From the NCBI GenBank assembly GCA_964016885.1, contig OZ024743.1, forward strand, positions 191,146,001 to 191,210,000: a stretch of DNA of 64,000 bases, given 5' to 3'. Positions 24,801 through 39,848 of the stretch are shown one piece after another (positions within the stretch are counted from its first letter, which is position 1; each line of letters begins with the position of its first letter). This DNA is from Eledone cirrhosa (taxonomy: Eukaryota). The notes beneath the pieces were generated by a model. That model saw only the letters and a list, made by a program, of their open reading frames with translations, ran no database searches and had not been told where the DNA came from. A program made the translations under genes and the position numbers.

Positions 24801-26034
24801 AAAGAAAATATGGTCATCAGAACTGTCAGCGTACAACAAATACATTGCCCACAATACTTATGCTGTGCCAATTCTAACGCCAACATTTGACCTGCTGAAC
24901 TGGCCATTGCAAGAACTAAGTGAGATGGATGTTAGAACTTGCAAACTTCTCAGTGTTACTGGGAACTTTAACATCAATGGTGATGTGGATAGGCTATACT
25001 TCTCACGCAAGGAAGGTGGCCGGGGTCTAAAATCAATATTAACAACATATGAGACCCGGATAGTAACACTGAAGCAACACCTTCAACAGAGAAAAAAGGT
25101 TGGCAACCATCTTGCCCAGGTTTATGAGCATGAAAAAAAAATATCATTAGAATAGCGGCTGATCTGGGGGAGAGATATGGAATAAAGCCTGATATAAATC
25201 TCTCACCCAGAGAAATCGGAAGATCCTATTCAATGTTCAAACAAGATGAAAAAATTGACCAATTTAAAGAAACAGTTGTGCATGGATACTTGAGACGTAA
25301 AACACAGACCATAGAGGGGATAAACCACTCAAAAAGCCTGGCATGGAGTTCCGACAAGTTTATGACATCACACCTTGAGGGATATCTCTATGCAATACAA
25401 GAACAAATGTAGGCTATAAATGTAAAACAAAGATCGAGGATGTAAGCCACATTGTTGCCAGCTGCAAAAGAATGTCATCTCGTTACTACTTCCCCATGAG
25501 ACACGATGGGATAGCTAGAACCATCTGGAACGCACTTCGGAAAACAACATTAACAACAAACGAGGAAGAATATATTGAGACAGATGGCTATAAGGAATAC
25601 TGGTGGAACCTGAAAATAAAAACTGCCACCAAATTAAAGCATAACCGGCCTGATATTGTTGTTTGGGACCACACATTGAAAACGTGTTCTGTTGTGGAGA
25701 TCAGCTGCCCACTTGATGTAAACGTTGTCAGAAAAATAGAGGAGGAGGAGGACATTGATGAGGAGTTTACAAATCCAGTATCCAAGATACACCTTTAGCT
25801 TCATACCCATCATTATTGGAACTACGGGTTATATACCAACCCGCTTGGACCAAAGTATGACTGAACTTGGATTTGCGGACAAAAAGCGCAGCTCCCTAAT
25901 TCTTAGTCGACAAATGGCTGCGATAGCAAAACATTCTTGCGATTCAAGGGATGACAATTTCTTTTCTTTTACAACCTTGCCACCAGGAAGGTCGCCGGTC
26001 CAAAAAATATACTAGAAATTAAGAGAAAGAGATA
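21900..26034 (+). mobile_element. R4/Dong-clade element #3, degraded and apparently full length
   Basis: IQWSYELNKELYEAY, KSPGPD, LDYQKTFDSVPH, QGDSLS, HLFFVDD, GGRGL, RHD, NRPDIVVWD..EISCP. Flanked on both sides by (TACA)n. Confidence 0.9.
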
Positions 26035-26116
26035 ACATACATACATACATACATACATACATACATACATACATACATACATACATACATACATACATAC
26101 ATACATACATACATAC
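26035..26116. repeat. (TACA)n microsatellite
   Basis: Perfect repeat at the 3' flank of Dong #3. Confidence 0.97.
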
Positions 26117-26119
26117 GTA

Positions 26120-28870
26120 TTTAGCAGGATCGTTAGTCGTGGTCACCACTTTAACAGGGTAGATGATTGAAGGTCGTTAGTTGCCAGTATGGTAAGTGAT
26201 AGTATCCTCGTTGGATTATCTTGTCGACATAGACGTGAAGGAAGGTCCCTCGATCTATTTACCATCTTAGTATTTACAATATTCCTTTCGTCAGGTCGCC
26301 AATTCCAGCAGCATGGATTATAGATGTTATTGAGACATGAGTAACATAATAATGATTTCAACAGCAGAAATTAGAGATGAAATGTATGTTTATTTTTGAT
26401 GTAGCACAAACAATGTTTGTTAACTTATATGGTTGAAGTTACAGATAAAAAGAGGTTACAAAAGGGAATGTGTCATTGCGCCGAAAAGCCGGCGAGGCTA
26501 GGGTGCAATATCAGACCGTTACATTATGCGTGTTGCTGGTTCGAAGTTTCTGGTACATGAGAGAGATTCTTCAAATCCTCGCGGGGAATTTCTTCCTCAG
26601 GGCGCGTAGGGATACATCCTCTTCTACTGGCGCTGATTGGCTGAACTGAGCCAAATCACGCACAGAGAATGTAAGTGAGCCTGCGGAATGTAGGTCACTA
26701 CATCATCTCCGAGCAGATTTTCAGCCGAAAATCGATAACGAGGAAACCAAGGACCCACATATTATTGAATCAGCAAGAACAAATGCTGAAAGAGCACATC
26801 AGTGAAAAAGTAATTGAGCAGAAAGATTCATGCAAGAACAAAAAAAATTAGGCGCGACGGGCCGTGTTGAGCCGCTGTCAAATGACTAGCTGTTTTGTAG
26901 TTTAAACGAGACCCTCAAGGGCCTACCAGAAAACAGATAAAGTCTGACATGGGCGAAGTTGCTGTTCTTGCAATAAATGTTAATGGTAAGCGTTGTACCA
27001 GTAGCTGTGAACGAAGCTATTATGGTAGTTTACCAGTGCTGGCGAGAAAATGATGGCCCCCAGATGTATTGTCGAATGTACTGTGGAGCCAGGAAACAAT
27101 GGCTGGTTGCTTTGTAAAGAAAAAAAAGCAAGTTTAATATGTAGGTGGGTTGCAGTGCAAATTCCATAATTCGGGCGAATCCACAGAAGTGGCCGAAATG
27201 CTGACAAGTCCAGTTCAATTTGTTGCTTTCCCAGCGAGTCGGGCAAAAACAACAAGATGGATGGCCGTCATGGACGATCAGTGTGCAACGAGATTCGAAG
27301 CTGTTTGAGTTCAGCTGCAATTAGTATTCTCGTGTTGCGGTGCCTGTTTGAATCCAGTGGATTAAGCCCTGTGAGCTGCTAGCATGTGACAGCACCTCAG
27401 CCAGGTGAAAAGGGACTCGCAGAATATTACGTTTGAAGAACATATACCAAGAACAACATGTTGGAGTGTGATAAAAAAATGTGTGCATATGCAGGCATGT
27501 AAAACAGCAAAGAATGTGAATGAACAAAAACCATGAGCAAGCAAATAGCAAAAGAGCACAAAACAAGTAAATGCATTCTACAAAGAAATATGTGAAGGTA
27601 ACAAACTGATAATTCAAAGACAAATCTAAGGGAGCAGAGAAATTGCTCAATAAGTTCAAAGTTTTTCAAAGTCAAATAGTTCACACATCACCAGTGTACA
27701 GACACTAGTTCTATCTGAAAACTGAAAAAGAAGTTTGTTAATGCCGTTAGGGGTTAGATGTATGGAGTTTTTGTGAGTTTTCGTGGCCATTCTACCGTCC
27801 TGCCACCCTAGCAAAGTCAAAGAATCTTCTGTAGAGTAGCAGTCACCAAACATGGCAGCCACGTCTGACGCCATAATGGTGAGTAAACTACTGTCTCAAT
27901 TTCTCGAGTCCCTGTGGTAACGAGACAGAAGGTATGGTGGTTGCGTCGGTAAAGTTACAAGCCGTTTTGAAATTTCCGATGTGTGGTGGTTTGCGTCGGT
28001 AAGGCTATGAAGCTGCCACTCACTATTCCCTGTTTTGGTCAGTGGCTAAACAATGTTGTCGCTGCTGCTGCTGTCGTTGTTGATCGTAGACAGGACCTGT
28101 CGGTAGCCATTTTGAAATTTCTATGAAGTCGTGGCGAAAAGTTTTTTAAATACTGCTAATTTTTCAAAAAATTTTGAAAGGAATATATTGTATTTTCGCA
28201 AGTTGCGAAAAAGGTTGGCAACGTGGCAATAAAAGTTCAACTGAATGAAAAAGAAGGGCTGCGTTAAAGTCTTACGTCGGTCACCACTTTAGCAGGATGG
28301 TAAGTCGTGGTCGCCACTTTAACAGGGTAGATGATTGAAGGTCGTTAGTTGCCAGTGTGGTAAGTGATAGTATCCTCGTTGGATTATCTTGTCGACATAG
28401 ACGTGAAGGAAGGTCCCTCGATCTATTTACCATCTTAGTATTTACAATATTCCTTTCGTCAGGTCGCCAATTCCAGCAGCATGGATTATAGATGTTATTG
28501 AGACACGAGTAACATAATAATGATTTCAACAGCAGAAATTAAAAATGAAATGTATGTTTATTTTTGATGTAGCACAAACAATGTTTGTTAACTTATATGG
28601 TTGAAGTTACAGATAAAAAGAGGTTACAAAAGGGAATGTGCCATTGCGCCGAAAAGCCGGCGAGGCTAGGGTGCAATATCAGACCGTTACATTATGCGTG
28701 TTGCTGGTTCGAAGTTTCTGGTACAAGAGAGAGATTCTTCAAATCCTCGCGGGGAATTTCTTCCTCAGGGCGCGTAGGGATACATCCTCTTCTACTGGCG
28801 CTGATTGGCTGAACTGAGCCAAATCACGCACAGAGAATGTATGTGAGGCCGCCGAATGTAGGTCACTACA
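26120..28870 (-). mobile_element. Non-autonomous LTR retrotransposon
   Basis: Near-identical ~583-bp direct repeats at 26120-26702 and 28288-28870, beginning TGTAGTGAC on (-). PBS-like tggcgtcagacgtgg at 27859-27873 implies a ~1-kb 5' LTR and a truncated 3' LTR. No gag/pol motifs in the interior. Confidence 0.75.
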
Positions 28871-29599
28871 CATATATACATACATAGGCTTTTGTAAAAT
28901 AAACTGAGATAAACAATGCGTGTCAGATATTTAAACATTTAAAAAGTAATTAGTGCTTTGCGAAACTTAGGTCTCTCAATTCATGTTTTCTATTGGATCG
29001 ATCTGCAGAAATGTTAGTTGTATCTTTTGTTTTCTAATGTTCATTTTAGACATGTATGCATAATTTGAAAACAATGCTGCAACAATTTCAGTCAAAATGT
29101 ACAAGAGATTCTATGTTTAGTCACAATCAAATCCCATCTATAATAAACGATATTTCAACCGTAAGACATTCGTCTTTTGATGAATCTTGAGATGCAATAT
29201 CTAATATTTCCTTCGTTAATTTAAATGTAGAGAGTATAATTTAAAAGATATTTAGTGGTTATTTCTAGCAAAGGCTTCACAGATTGTCTGCTGTGATTCA
29301 TATAAACAGGAAGTTATATCTGCCAATTAGGTGATGAATTAACAGAGACATAAGAACATCAGATAGAAGGCTTTCCGGTATTCTTTCCGGTTCCTTACGC
29401 CACTCATAACTCACAGAATATACACGAGGCTAGGCATTTCCTACAGAGAATTATTACTAACCGGCCTAATTCGTATATACTGGTGCAATTGCTAACGAAA
29501 GCCAAGGTTCTATCAAATAAGGTTGTTTCAAGGTCCTTTCAAGTAAGGTCTTCTTTAATATTGAGGAACTCTGCATAAAAATCCACTAAAAATGACCTA

Positions 29600-29970
29600 T
29601 TTGATGTGCCGACGGGATCATTCAAAAGTGTTGCTGGACCTTTTTTATCTTAGACACACTACATAAGATATTCCCTGTCTTTCATATCGGTGAAATGATG
29701 GTCTGACACTATTGAACATAAACCGTATCCATAACATTGGCACTTCTAGAAAATTAGCACTTATAGCAAACTAGGATTACAAATTACCATCTTCACCAAC
29801 CTCACTAGCGTTAAGTTTCCAGTTGTCAACATAGACCTATGTACCCGCACACACAGACAATTATACAAACACTTTGTAAAGCATAGGTATATTCACAAAG
29901 ACTCTAGCCGTCTCCCTATAGTTTTTAAAATGTTCATTAATGATATGAGGAAGTATCCAACTTCTCTTCT
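29600..29970 (+). mobile_element. Highly eroded LINE RT remnant
   Basis: ..SSRLPIVFKMFINDMR at ~29900-29950 resembles the LSPxLFxxFIND motif. Confidence 0.3.
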
Positions 29971-30283
29971 AGCAAAGCCATTTTGACAGGTCAACCGACT
30001 ATTACTCAGCCCTAAGCAACAGCAGCTTCTCCGAAATAATGTTTTACTCTTCAGATCACCACCCTATAGTTAACAAGTAAAGATATATACATAAAGCTGT
30101 CGTATCGTTCGCGGTACCATTTGGGCTCAACGGAAAAGTTAAAAAATTCTTAGCGTCTTAGATATTTTCTTCCCTGTAGACCATAAACGTTCAACAGCTA
30201 CACAGTGTAAATATGCTACAGCTGTACTAAAACTCTGGAATTGCACATCACCAACAAATGCAAAGGTCTTATATATATATATA

Positions 30284-31391
30284 TTTGGCGGTCAATTTTA
30301 TTGCTTTCCAGAAGGCATTCGACAGTGTACACCGGGAGTCGCTGTGGAATGTTGCGCTGTGGAATCTTGCAAGATTCATCGCCATTTTAAAGGCGCTGTA
30401 TGAAAACTCCAGCTGCTGCGTGCGGACTGAGTCCGGTGTGGCGGAGTTCTTTGACATTGTTTCCGGAGTCAGCCAGGTTTGCGTCCCTCTCCACTGTTGT
30501 TCCTGCTGGCAGCCGATTTCGTACTAAGGCGAAGGGATGAAGGACCCGGTCGAGGAATCCCATGAAGAGGGCAGTTGAGGCTTAGGGACCTGGCATTCGC
30601 CGATGACATCGCTTTGATCACTGAAAACACAGCAAATCTGTAGGCCCTAAAAACATCCCTACAAGACAGTGCGGAAAATATCGGCCTGAGAATCAACACC
30701 AAAAAGACCAAGGTCATGAAAACGGCCAGCAACACAGGTCCAGTGATCAGAGTCAACCAACAGGACCTCGAGGAAGTCAATCACTTCACCTATCTGGGCA
30801 GCATCCTGACAAGCAGTGGCGACATGGAGCTCGACATCAACTGTCGGATCGGCAAAGCATCCGCAGTTTTCCAGCGGCTTTGCCCAGTCTGGTCGTCTTC
30901 ATGCATTAGCACCAAGACCAAGCTCCGCCTGTACAACAGCATCGTGCTACCGACAGTGATTTATGCGAGCGAGACCTGGAAGAGTACGGCAAAAATAGAG
31001 AGACGGCTAAACGCTTTCCACCAGCGGTGCCTGCGAAAGATCCTTCGTGTGTCCTGGCGCGACCGAGTGCGAAACGAGGAGATCCTGCGGAGAATCGAGC
31101 CGTGGACGCTACAGAAAGTGGTCACGGAGCGTCATTTCCGTCTGGCTAGCCATATTCTGCGTCTGCCAAATGAACGGTATTCGAAAACAGCGATGAACTG
31201 GAGTCCGTCTGGCGGTAAACGGAGGCGGGTTGCCCAAGGATCACCTGGTGACGAACGTTCCGGAAGGACCTGATGGCAGCCAACATCACGTGTCACGGTC
31301 TCGAAAAAGTTGCTGCTCATCGTGACCGTTGGCGAGTACCTACTGTTCGATGCGCCGATCGGCGCGGAAGAATCTAAGACTAAGACTAAGA
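30284..31391 (+). mobile_element. 5'-truncated RTE-type LINE
   Basis: FQKAFDSVHR, LAFADDIAL, FTYLGS, TKLRLYNSIVLPTVIYASETW; (CTAAGA)3 tail. Confidence 0.9.
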
Positions 31392-31716
31392 TATATATAT
31401 ATATAAAGAATTGCATTATAACGGGAAGTTATATAAAGATATGGATGAGCTCAATATACCATAATTATCATCAATCATTCACTACTAAATATTCCAGCGT
31501 GGGAGACATTGCGTACGGTCAAGATAATTGAAGACAGAACTATTACAAAGCATAATATAAGATTAAAGAAAGTTAACCACAGATATATATCAAATTTACT
31601 ACATTTATTTTCAACTTATGTTTCGACAGATGCAAATAAAAATACCCTTAATTCACAATTAACATTTAAGTATCATCATAAAAAATAATTGCATTATTGA
31701 TGTAAAATACATTAAT

Positions 31717-31903
31717 CGTTTGTACGTTTAGGCACAAGGCCAGCAATAACCCAGTGCATTACTGGTACTTTATTTTATCGACCCCGTAGGGATGAAAGGC
31801 AAAGTTAACCTCGGCAGGAGTTGAACTCAGATCGTAAAGGGACGTAACTATGCTGGAAAGCATGGCGTCCGACCCTCTACCGATACTGCCAATACACCGC
31901 TCT
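31717..31903 (-). mobile_element. Full-length tRNA-derived SINE
   Basis: A-box tggcagtatcgg and B-box gagttcaactcc. 17-bp TSD atgtaaaatacattaat at 31700-31716 and 31904-31920. Confidence 0.9.
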
Positions 31904-34229
31904 ATGTAAAATACATTAATAATACATGAAATTATCTGCATAATCTCTTAAGGAACACTAAAGGTAGATAACGCTAGTGTGTCAATTTATATTGACAGAA
32001 ATACCAAACTGTCCACGGAAAATAGAAGCACATTTACTGAAAAAGTAAATTCACTACTCATTTTCGAGTAACTTATATTAATAATTTACAAAGTATAAAA
32101 TACGAAATACACGATTACCAATCTAGTGTTTGCAAAAATAAATTATGAATGTACCAATTGCACCATTGTCGAAACGAGATAAAAAGTATCAGATACAGAC
32201 TGAAATAAACTAAAACAACCTACAGCAGCTTAAGTCATATATGTGTGCTAACATATAGGCAATGTTGCATGTGACGTACACATAAACTCGCACACACACA
32301 CACACACATATGGCGTACACACATACACACACACACACACACATACACACATACATACACACACACATCTGACGTACACACATACACACACATACACACA
32401 CACATACACACACACATACACACACATATACACACACACACACACGTTCACGCACAGACACACATAATACTAAATGCTATCAGATCCAGAAAGCTGTATC
32501 TATAATTAAAATTTAATGTGCTGAGAATACCAAAACTCATATAGTTAAGAAAAACGAATAGAACTGAAATTCAAATGTAAACTAATGTTTTCTCTTCAAA
32601 TCAAGAAAAGTAATAGCTTTCCGCCTTCAGTTGAATTATAAAAGCATTTTTCAATTCAAACCTCATAAAATATTTCTGGCTTAGATATTGTCCAATAACA
32701 TTAGCACTAAAAACAAATTTAACTTCTACAAAAAAAAAAACAATTATATATAAACAATGACGAAATTCCTAAAAATGTCTGCCAAAGGTTTCTCTTATTG
32801 ATAGACAAATAGAATGTTCTTAATCTGACTACCTTACCATATATCCTGTTGAGCAAGTGACATATGTATGGATTTTGAAATAGAAGTTCAAAATGCCTTG
32901 TATTGCTCGAAATTCTACGTTAACTGGTGCTTGGTGTGAATTTGTTTTGTTCTTTTCAATAACAACAAAATCAACTCAAATATTGAATTATATTTGCAGC
33001 TCAGAATTGTTGTCTGTACTGAAATGATACCCCTGTCCTCCAAGATTTAAGTAAAACAGCACATGATATAACAGACAAAGCTAAAACGAAATTGAAACAC
33101 TTGATGGTTATGAAGAATATGAAGATAATGATGATAATGATAATAATGACGATGATGATGACGACGACGACGACGATGATGATGATAAGTTTAATCAACG
33201 GCACCATCGACACTGCCGTTCTCCCTCCTCCACTTCTTCCTCATAATCATCATCAACATCATAATCATTGATATCATGAGTATCATGAAAATAACAGCTA
33301 GTATGAAAGGAAAAAGAAAAAAACTGAAATTAAATAAAAAATATATATTTAAAAATATAAAGATCGCTTTATGGAGCCTGGTGTGCTGAGAAAAAAATAA
33401 GATTCACCAGACATTCTGGAGTCAGATAAGAGAAAAAGACAATTTCAGTAAGCAAATAGGCTATTTGATTTTGTCTGCTAAATGGGTTAGTGCATCAGAG
33501 TTCTAGATGTTGAATGTGATGGGTGTTAATGTTGTGGAATATTTTTTAGTGTCTTCAATATGTTACTGTACCAAAACAGAAGAGAAAATGTTATTCAATT
33601 GTTTTTCAAATTCTTTTTTCTTATTTCAAATTTTAAATTCACACAACTATAATGTTTTTATATTGGGAAATAAAGGGAAAACAATTGATTCAAGAGAAAT
33701 TAACGGCTTATTTGAAATTCTTTAAAAGAAGTTCAAAGATGTAAAAGAAAATTCATAATAAAACGTTGACTGAAATCTTTTTTTTTTTTGCTTCATATTT
33801 TAAAAGTAAAATTACCAAAACATGAATTGAAATCCTTGTTTTTTTTTGTATGTTTTTTTTTTTTCGTAACTGAATTTCTATAAAATTATTTAAGTTCAAA
33901 TTCTGTTTTTAACATTAAAAAAATTTAATTTCATATTTACTTTTATATTTTTCAATTTAGAAGATCTGATGTATTTTTCTGTCATAATTGAGAATTGTAT
34001 GGCACGTGGGGAATCGCTCGATTCGGTGGAGCACATAGGAAATAGATTGTTGTCTGTTGATGCCCATCATTTCCAGATAAAATATCGAGGGTAGATAGGA
34101 CAGCAAAATATACTATTTGTAAATTTTACAATGATGTAACGGACTGGAATGCTAAGCGCCTCTATTTTGAGGACAGTAATGAAATAGCCGTCGAAACGGC
34201 TTGAGCTCTGCGGTCGGGGTCTTGAACTT

Positions 34230-34280
<51 letters not shown>

Positions 34281-34285
<5 letters not shown>

Positions 34286-35676
34286 CTTCGGGAGGGTCAT
34301 ATTGTTGTAATAATATTGCCAGAATTAATAACAGAACACACTCACTGTTTGGTTAGTTTTCGCTTCTGTATCTTTTATATCAGTTAATTTATTCGGTCTT
34401 CCATGTTTACCATTGACTGACCAACTGTCAAAAATACAGATATAATATAGACACAAACACATATATATAGTCTAACAAAGTTCTTTCGTTGCACATCTGC
34501 AACATCGTCAGTGGTACTATTATGTTTCCTCCTGTTGTATTGTATGTCTACGCCATCTTTATTTAATCGGTTTATTTATTTATTTTTGTCTTCTCTGCGC
34601 ATGCGTTTGCGTGTGTCTATAGTGTTTGGTCTGTGTTCGTGTTTGGGTGACTGTGTTTTGGTTATTGTATTCTATCTTAGTTTACTAGTGTGTGTTTATA
34701 TGTGTTTGTTGTTATTGTCCTTGTGTATGTATTTATTTATTTATATTTCTCTTAGGTCAGTATTGTTGGTTTGGGTGTTGTTGTTATTCGATTCATTTTT
34801 TCTGTTTAGCTTTGGCCTTCTAAGTTCTATTTCACTGGCCTCTCTGATTTGCCTATCTGCTGGGTCATTTCTATGTTTAGATATTATTTAATTTCTATGT
34901 TGTCTATGTTACCGTCATGTTGTTGTCTGGCGTGTTCGTATAGTACTGAACCGTCTTTTCGTCCTTTTAGTTCCCCCCAGTGTTGGTCTATACTTTCACC
35001 TATGCTACGAGCTGTCTCGCCTATGTATGTTGTTGTCATGTTTCTGCAAGTACCCTCTGTACATCTTATGCTATAGACTACGTTTCTAGTTTTACAGTTT
35101 ATCCAGGGTTTACTTTACATATGATACATTTCCTATTAGTACAGTGGGTTTTCTTAAAAGGGTATGTTTTACTAATCAGGGATTTTATGGCGGTTCCTGG
35201 CTTTTCTACCTCCTTAATCTTTAAGTGGGTCTTTCTCAGGGTCTTTCTACACTGGTTAGCTAATTTACCTCCAGGGATAGCGTCCATGAACATGACACTC
35301 TGGTATCTCTGGTTGTCATACCATGAGGTAGCTTTCCCTATCGTATGCGCAGAGAAGAAGACAAATATAAATAAATAAATAAACAGATTAAATAAATATG
35401 GCGTACACATACAATACAACAGGAGGAAACAATAGAACCACTGAACTGACGATGTTGCACATGTGCAACGAAAGAACTTTTTTAGACTATATATATGTGG
35501 TTGCGTCTATATTATATCTGTATTTTTTACCGTTGGTCAGTCAATGGTAAACATTTAGGACTGAATAAATTAACTGATATAAAAGATACAGAAGTGAAAC
35601 CCAACCAAACAGTGAGTGTGTTCTGTTATTAATTCTGGCAATATTATTACAACAAAATGACCTTCCCCAAGTATAA
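34281..35676 (-). mobile_element. 5'-truncated Penelope-like element (Neptune/Nematis-like) with inverted pseudo-LTRs
   Basis: SVMFMDAIPGGKLA..PFKKTHCTNRKCIIC, then after a frameshift NCKTRNVVYSIRC..YIGETARS..RQIREA..LNRKNE (GIY-YIG). Inverted repeats at 34281-34605 and 35342-35676. Confidence 0.88.
34484..34515 (-). ncRNA. Hammerhead-like core (mirror copy at 35446-35473, +)
   Basis: CTGACGA-t-gttgca(gatg)tgcaac-GAAA. Stem III and the cleavage site could not be resolved cleanly. Confidence 0.5.
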
Positions 35677-35720
35677 CAATATTTGTTTCGACACACGATT
35701 TCATATCAAAAACCTCGCAA

Positions 35721-35754
<34 letters not shown>

Positions 35755-35756
<2 letters not shown>

Positions 35757-35937
35757 TTATAAAATTGTAAGTTTCAAGAATTATTAGATAAAATATATAT
35801 ATCTAATAAATTTATATATAGCTCTGATTACCAATTAATTGCTAAATTAATTCTTTCATTGAGCCACACCGTGAAAGGGAGCCACACTCATATATGTATC
35901 TGTGACTATGTCTAAATATATACATATATCCCTATGA

Positions 35938-35941
<4 letters not shown>
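35755..35941 (+). repeat. Direct repeat X (second copy at 37911-38099)
   Basis: atttataaaattgtaagttt...ctatgaattta, between (TA)n tracts. Confidence 0.9.
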
Positions 35942-35986
<45 letters not shown>

Positions 35987-36190
35987 TATGTATACGTACA
36001 TACATATATGTATACAGACGCACAGTAGTATGTATATGTATATACATACATGCACACATATATATATGTACGTATGGATTCACCGAACATTTATTATAAT
36101 ACTCGATGTGTTTGTAAACAAACATCCCGAATTAAGCCGTACAGTGTCTAGCAACCATCGTTGCTCATTTGTTCAACACTGATAAAGGAA

Positions 36191-36231
36191 CGCTGTACTA
36201 GTTTCAAGTTTATTAGCTATCGTCAGCAACG
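36191..36231 (-). ncRNA. Minimal type I hammerhead ribozyme
   Basis: cgttg-CTGACGA-tagctaataaactt-GAAA-ctag-TA-cagcg. Palindromic ACTAGT stem III, GUA triplet, weak stem II. Confidence 0.72.
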
Positions 36232-36456
36232 TATACCTTCCTGACAGATGGTTGAACGTCTGAAAGTATCTACTTTCCTTCTGCATATTAACGGCTTAAG
36301 CATATATATATGTGTGCATGTATGTATATATATATATATACATACTACTGTACGTCTGTATACATATATGTATGTACGTGTACATACTTATATTTAAGTA
36401 ACAGCCGTACTAAGAGAGAGAAATGAAATTTCGTTTCATTTTTTCCGTTTATCGTT

Positions 36457-37917
<1,461 letters not shown>

Positions 37918-38095
37918 AAATTGTAAGTTTGAAGAATTATTAGCTAAAATATATATATATCTAATAATTTTATATATAGCTCTGATTAACAATTATTTGC
38001 TAAATTAATTCTTTCATTGAGCCACACCGTGAAACGTAGCCAAATTCATATATGTATATGTGACTATGTCTAAATATATACATATATACCTATGA

Positions 38096-38145
<50 letters not shown>

Positions 38146-38274
38146 AAAGTTATATTTAAATTGTTGGGTTACAACTAGTAAATATTTATAACTGATATAA
38201 AAGCACTCAACAAGTATTTGGAGTATATTTACGATATTAAATAAATGGAAACTATATTTATAAAACCATATTTA

Positions 38275-38336
38275 TTTCATTATATATATTTCAGGGATAT
38301 CATATTAACAATATGTTATGCCTTCTTCAGACAAAA
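38275..38336 (-). ncRNA. Type I hammerhead, left arm
   Basis: Mirror copy of 40667-40728. Confidence 0.7.
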
Positions 38337-39798
38337 TACAATATAGACAGTTTTATAGATAAATAGATTTGACATACCGTTCAACATCGACTTGTATTTG
38401 AAAAAGTTGATTTGGCAGTGAAAAATTGTAAACAGAAAGAAAGAAAGAAGGAAAGAAAGAAAGAAAACGAAGAAAAAGAAGAAAAAAGAAAAAAGAAGAA
38501 ATGCATGCAACAAAATAGAGAGATGGAAAGATAGATAAAGAGAAGAACTTCATGTAAAGAAACAGAGAGAGATATATAGAGAGAGGAAATAGATAGAGAT
38601 AGATATATATAGAGAAAAGTAGGTAGTTGCATGACGTATCAATGATACATTTATTTATTTATTTATTTATTTAGCTCTAGTATTAATGTAAGGGAGATAT
38701 ATGTGGTTAGGAAAGAAACCAGCCGTTATATAGAGAGAAAAAATGAAAAGTAACCAGACATAGGCGAGGCAGAATTTAAAAACCCTATGTTTTAATGTAG
38801 AGATATTAGTTCGTATAAAAACCAGGCACTATAATGTAAATATCAGTATTCCTGAATGAGACACGTATCTAAAATGTGTGAAAAGTAATGATCTTATGTC
38901 TAGTTTTAAAAACTCATGTTTATATGATAATTATAAACATCGATGTGAATTTACGTGATCAGCTCTGCAAACCCCCATTTCACACGGAGAACATTCTCAT
39001 TGTGCTATAAAAATTTAAGTATACATATATGTGTATATATACACATATATATAGAGTCAATATTAATGTTAACAATACTATTCATGTCTTTACTCTACAT
39101 GATTATCTATCAAGCAGAAATAGAGAACAGATTTCAATATATTAATAAAAATATCAGAAACAAAAACAAAAAATAATAATAAAAATAAAAATAAAAATAA
39201 AAATAAAAATAAAAATAAAAATAAAAATAAAAATAAAAATAAAATTAAAAATAAAAATAAAAATAAAAATAAAAATAAAAATAAAAATAAAAATAAAAAT
39301 AAAAATAAAAATAAAAAAAAAAATATTTGGGAAACTAGCCGATAAATCTTTCGATTTCTAATTTTTTATTTTTATTTTTATATTAAACATTCTTCATGAA
39401 GAATGTAACTACCCTAAAAGTTGATGCTCAAAATATATCGAATAAACGTTACACTAGATAAACTTCTATATTAAATATAAGAACATATGTAGACCAAATG
39501 GGCATCCTAAACTTTTGAAATGATTTCTGCTAGACGCGATTTGGTAAATAATTTTTAGCTTTATCTGTTTTCGACTCTGATGCTTATAATGAACTTGGCA
39601 ATATATTGTCAATTAATTTTGAAGGGTTGATCTTTGTCGTCGATTTGCGTGGCATATTATGTTTTTATTTTTATTATTTTAATATTTTTTAATATTTTTT
39701 TTTTTTTTTTTTTTATATTTTTTATATTTTTATTTTTAATATGTAATATTTTTTAGTTTTCTATTTTATTTATTTGTTTATTATTTTTATTATTTTTA

Positions 39799-39848
<50 letters not shown>

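Noticed and set aside
28281-28529. Duplicated ORF MKSLLCYSC (also at 26143-26361)
   Set aside because: Lies within the LTR direct repeat and has no protein motif.
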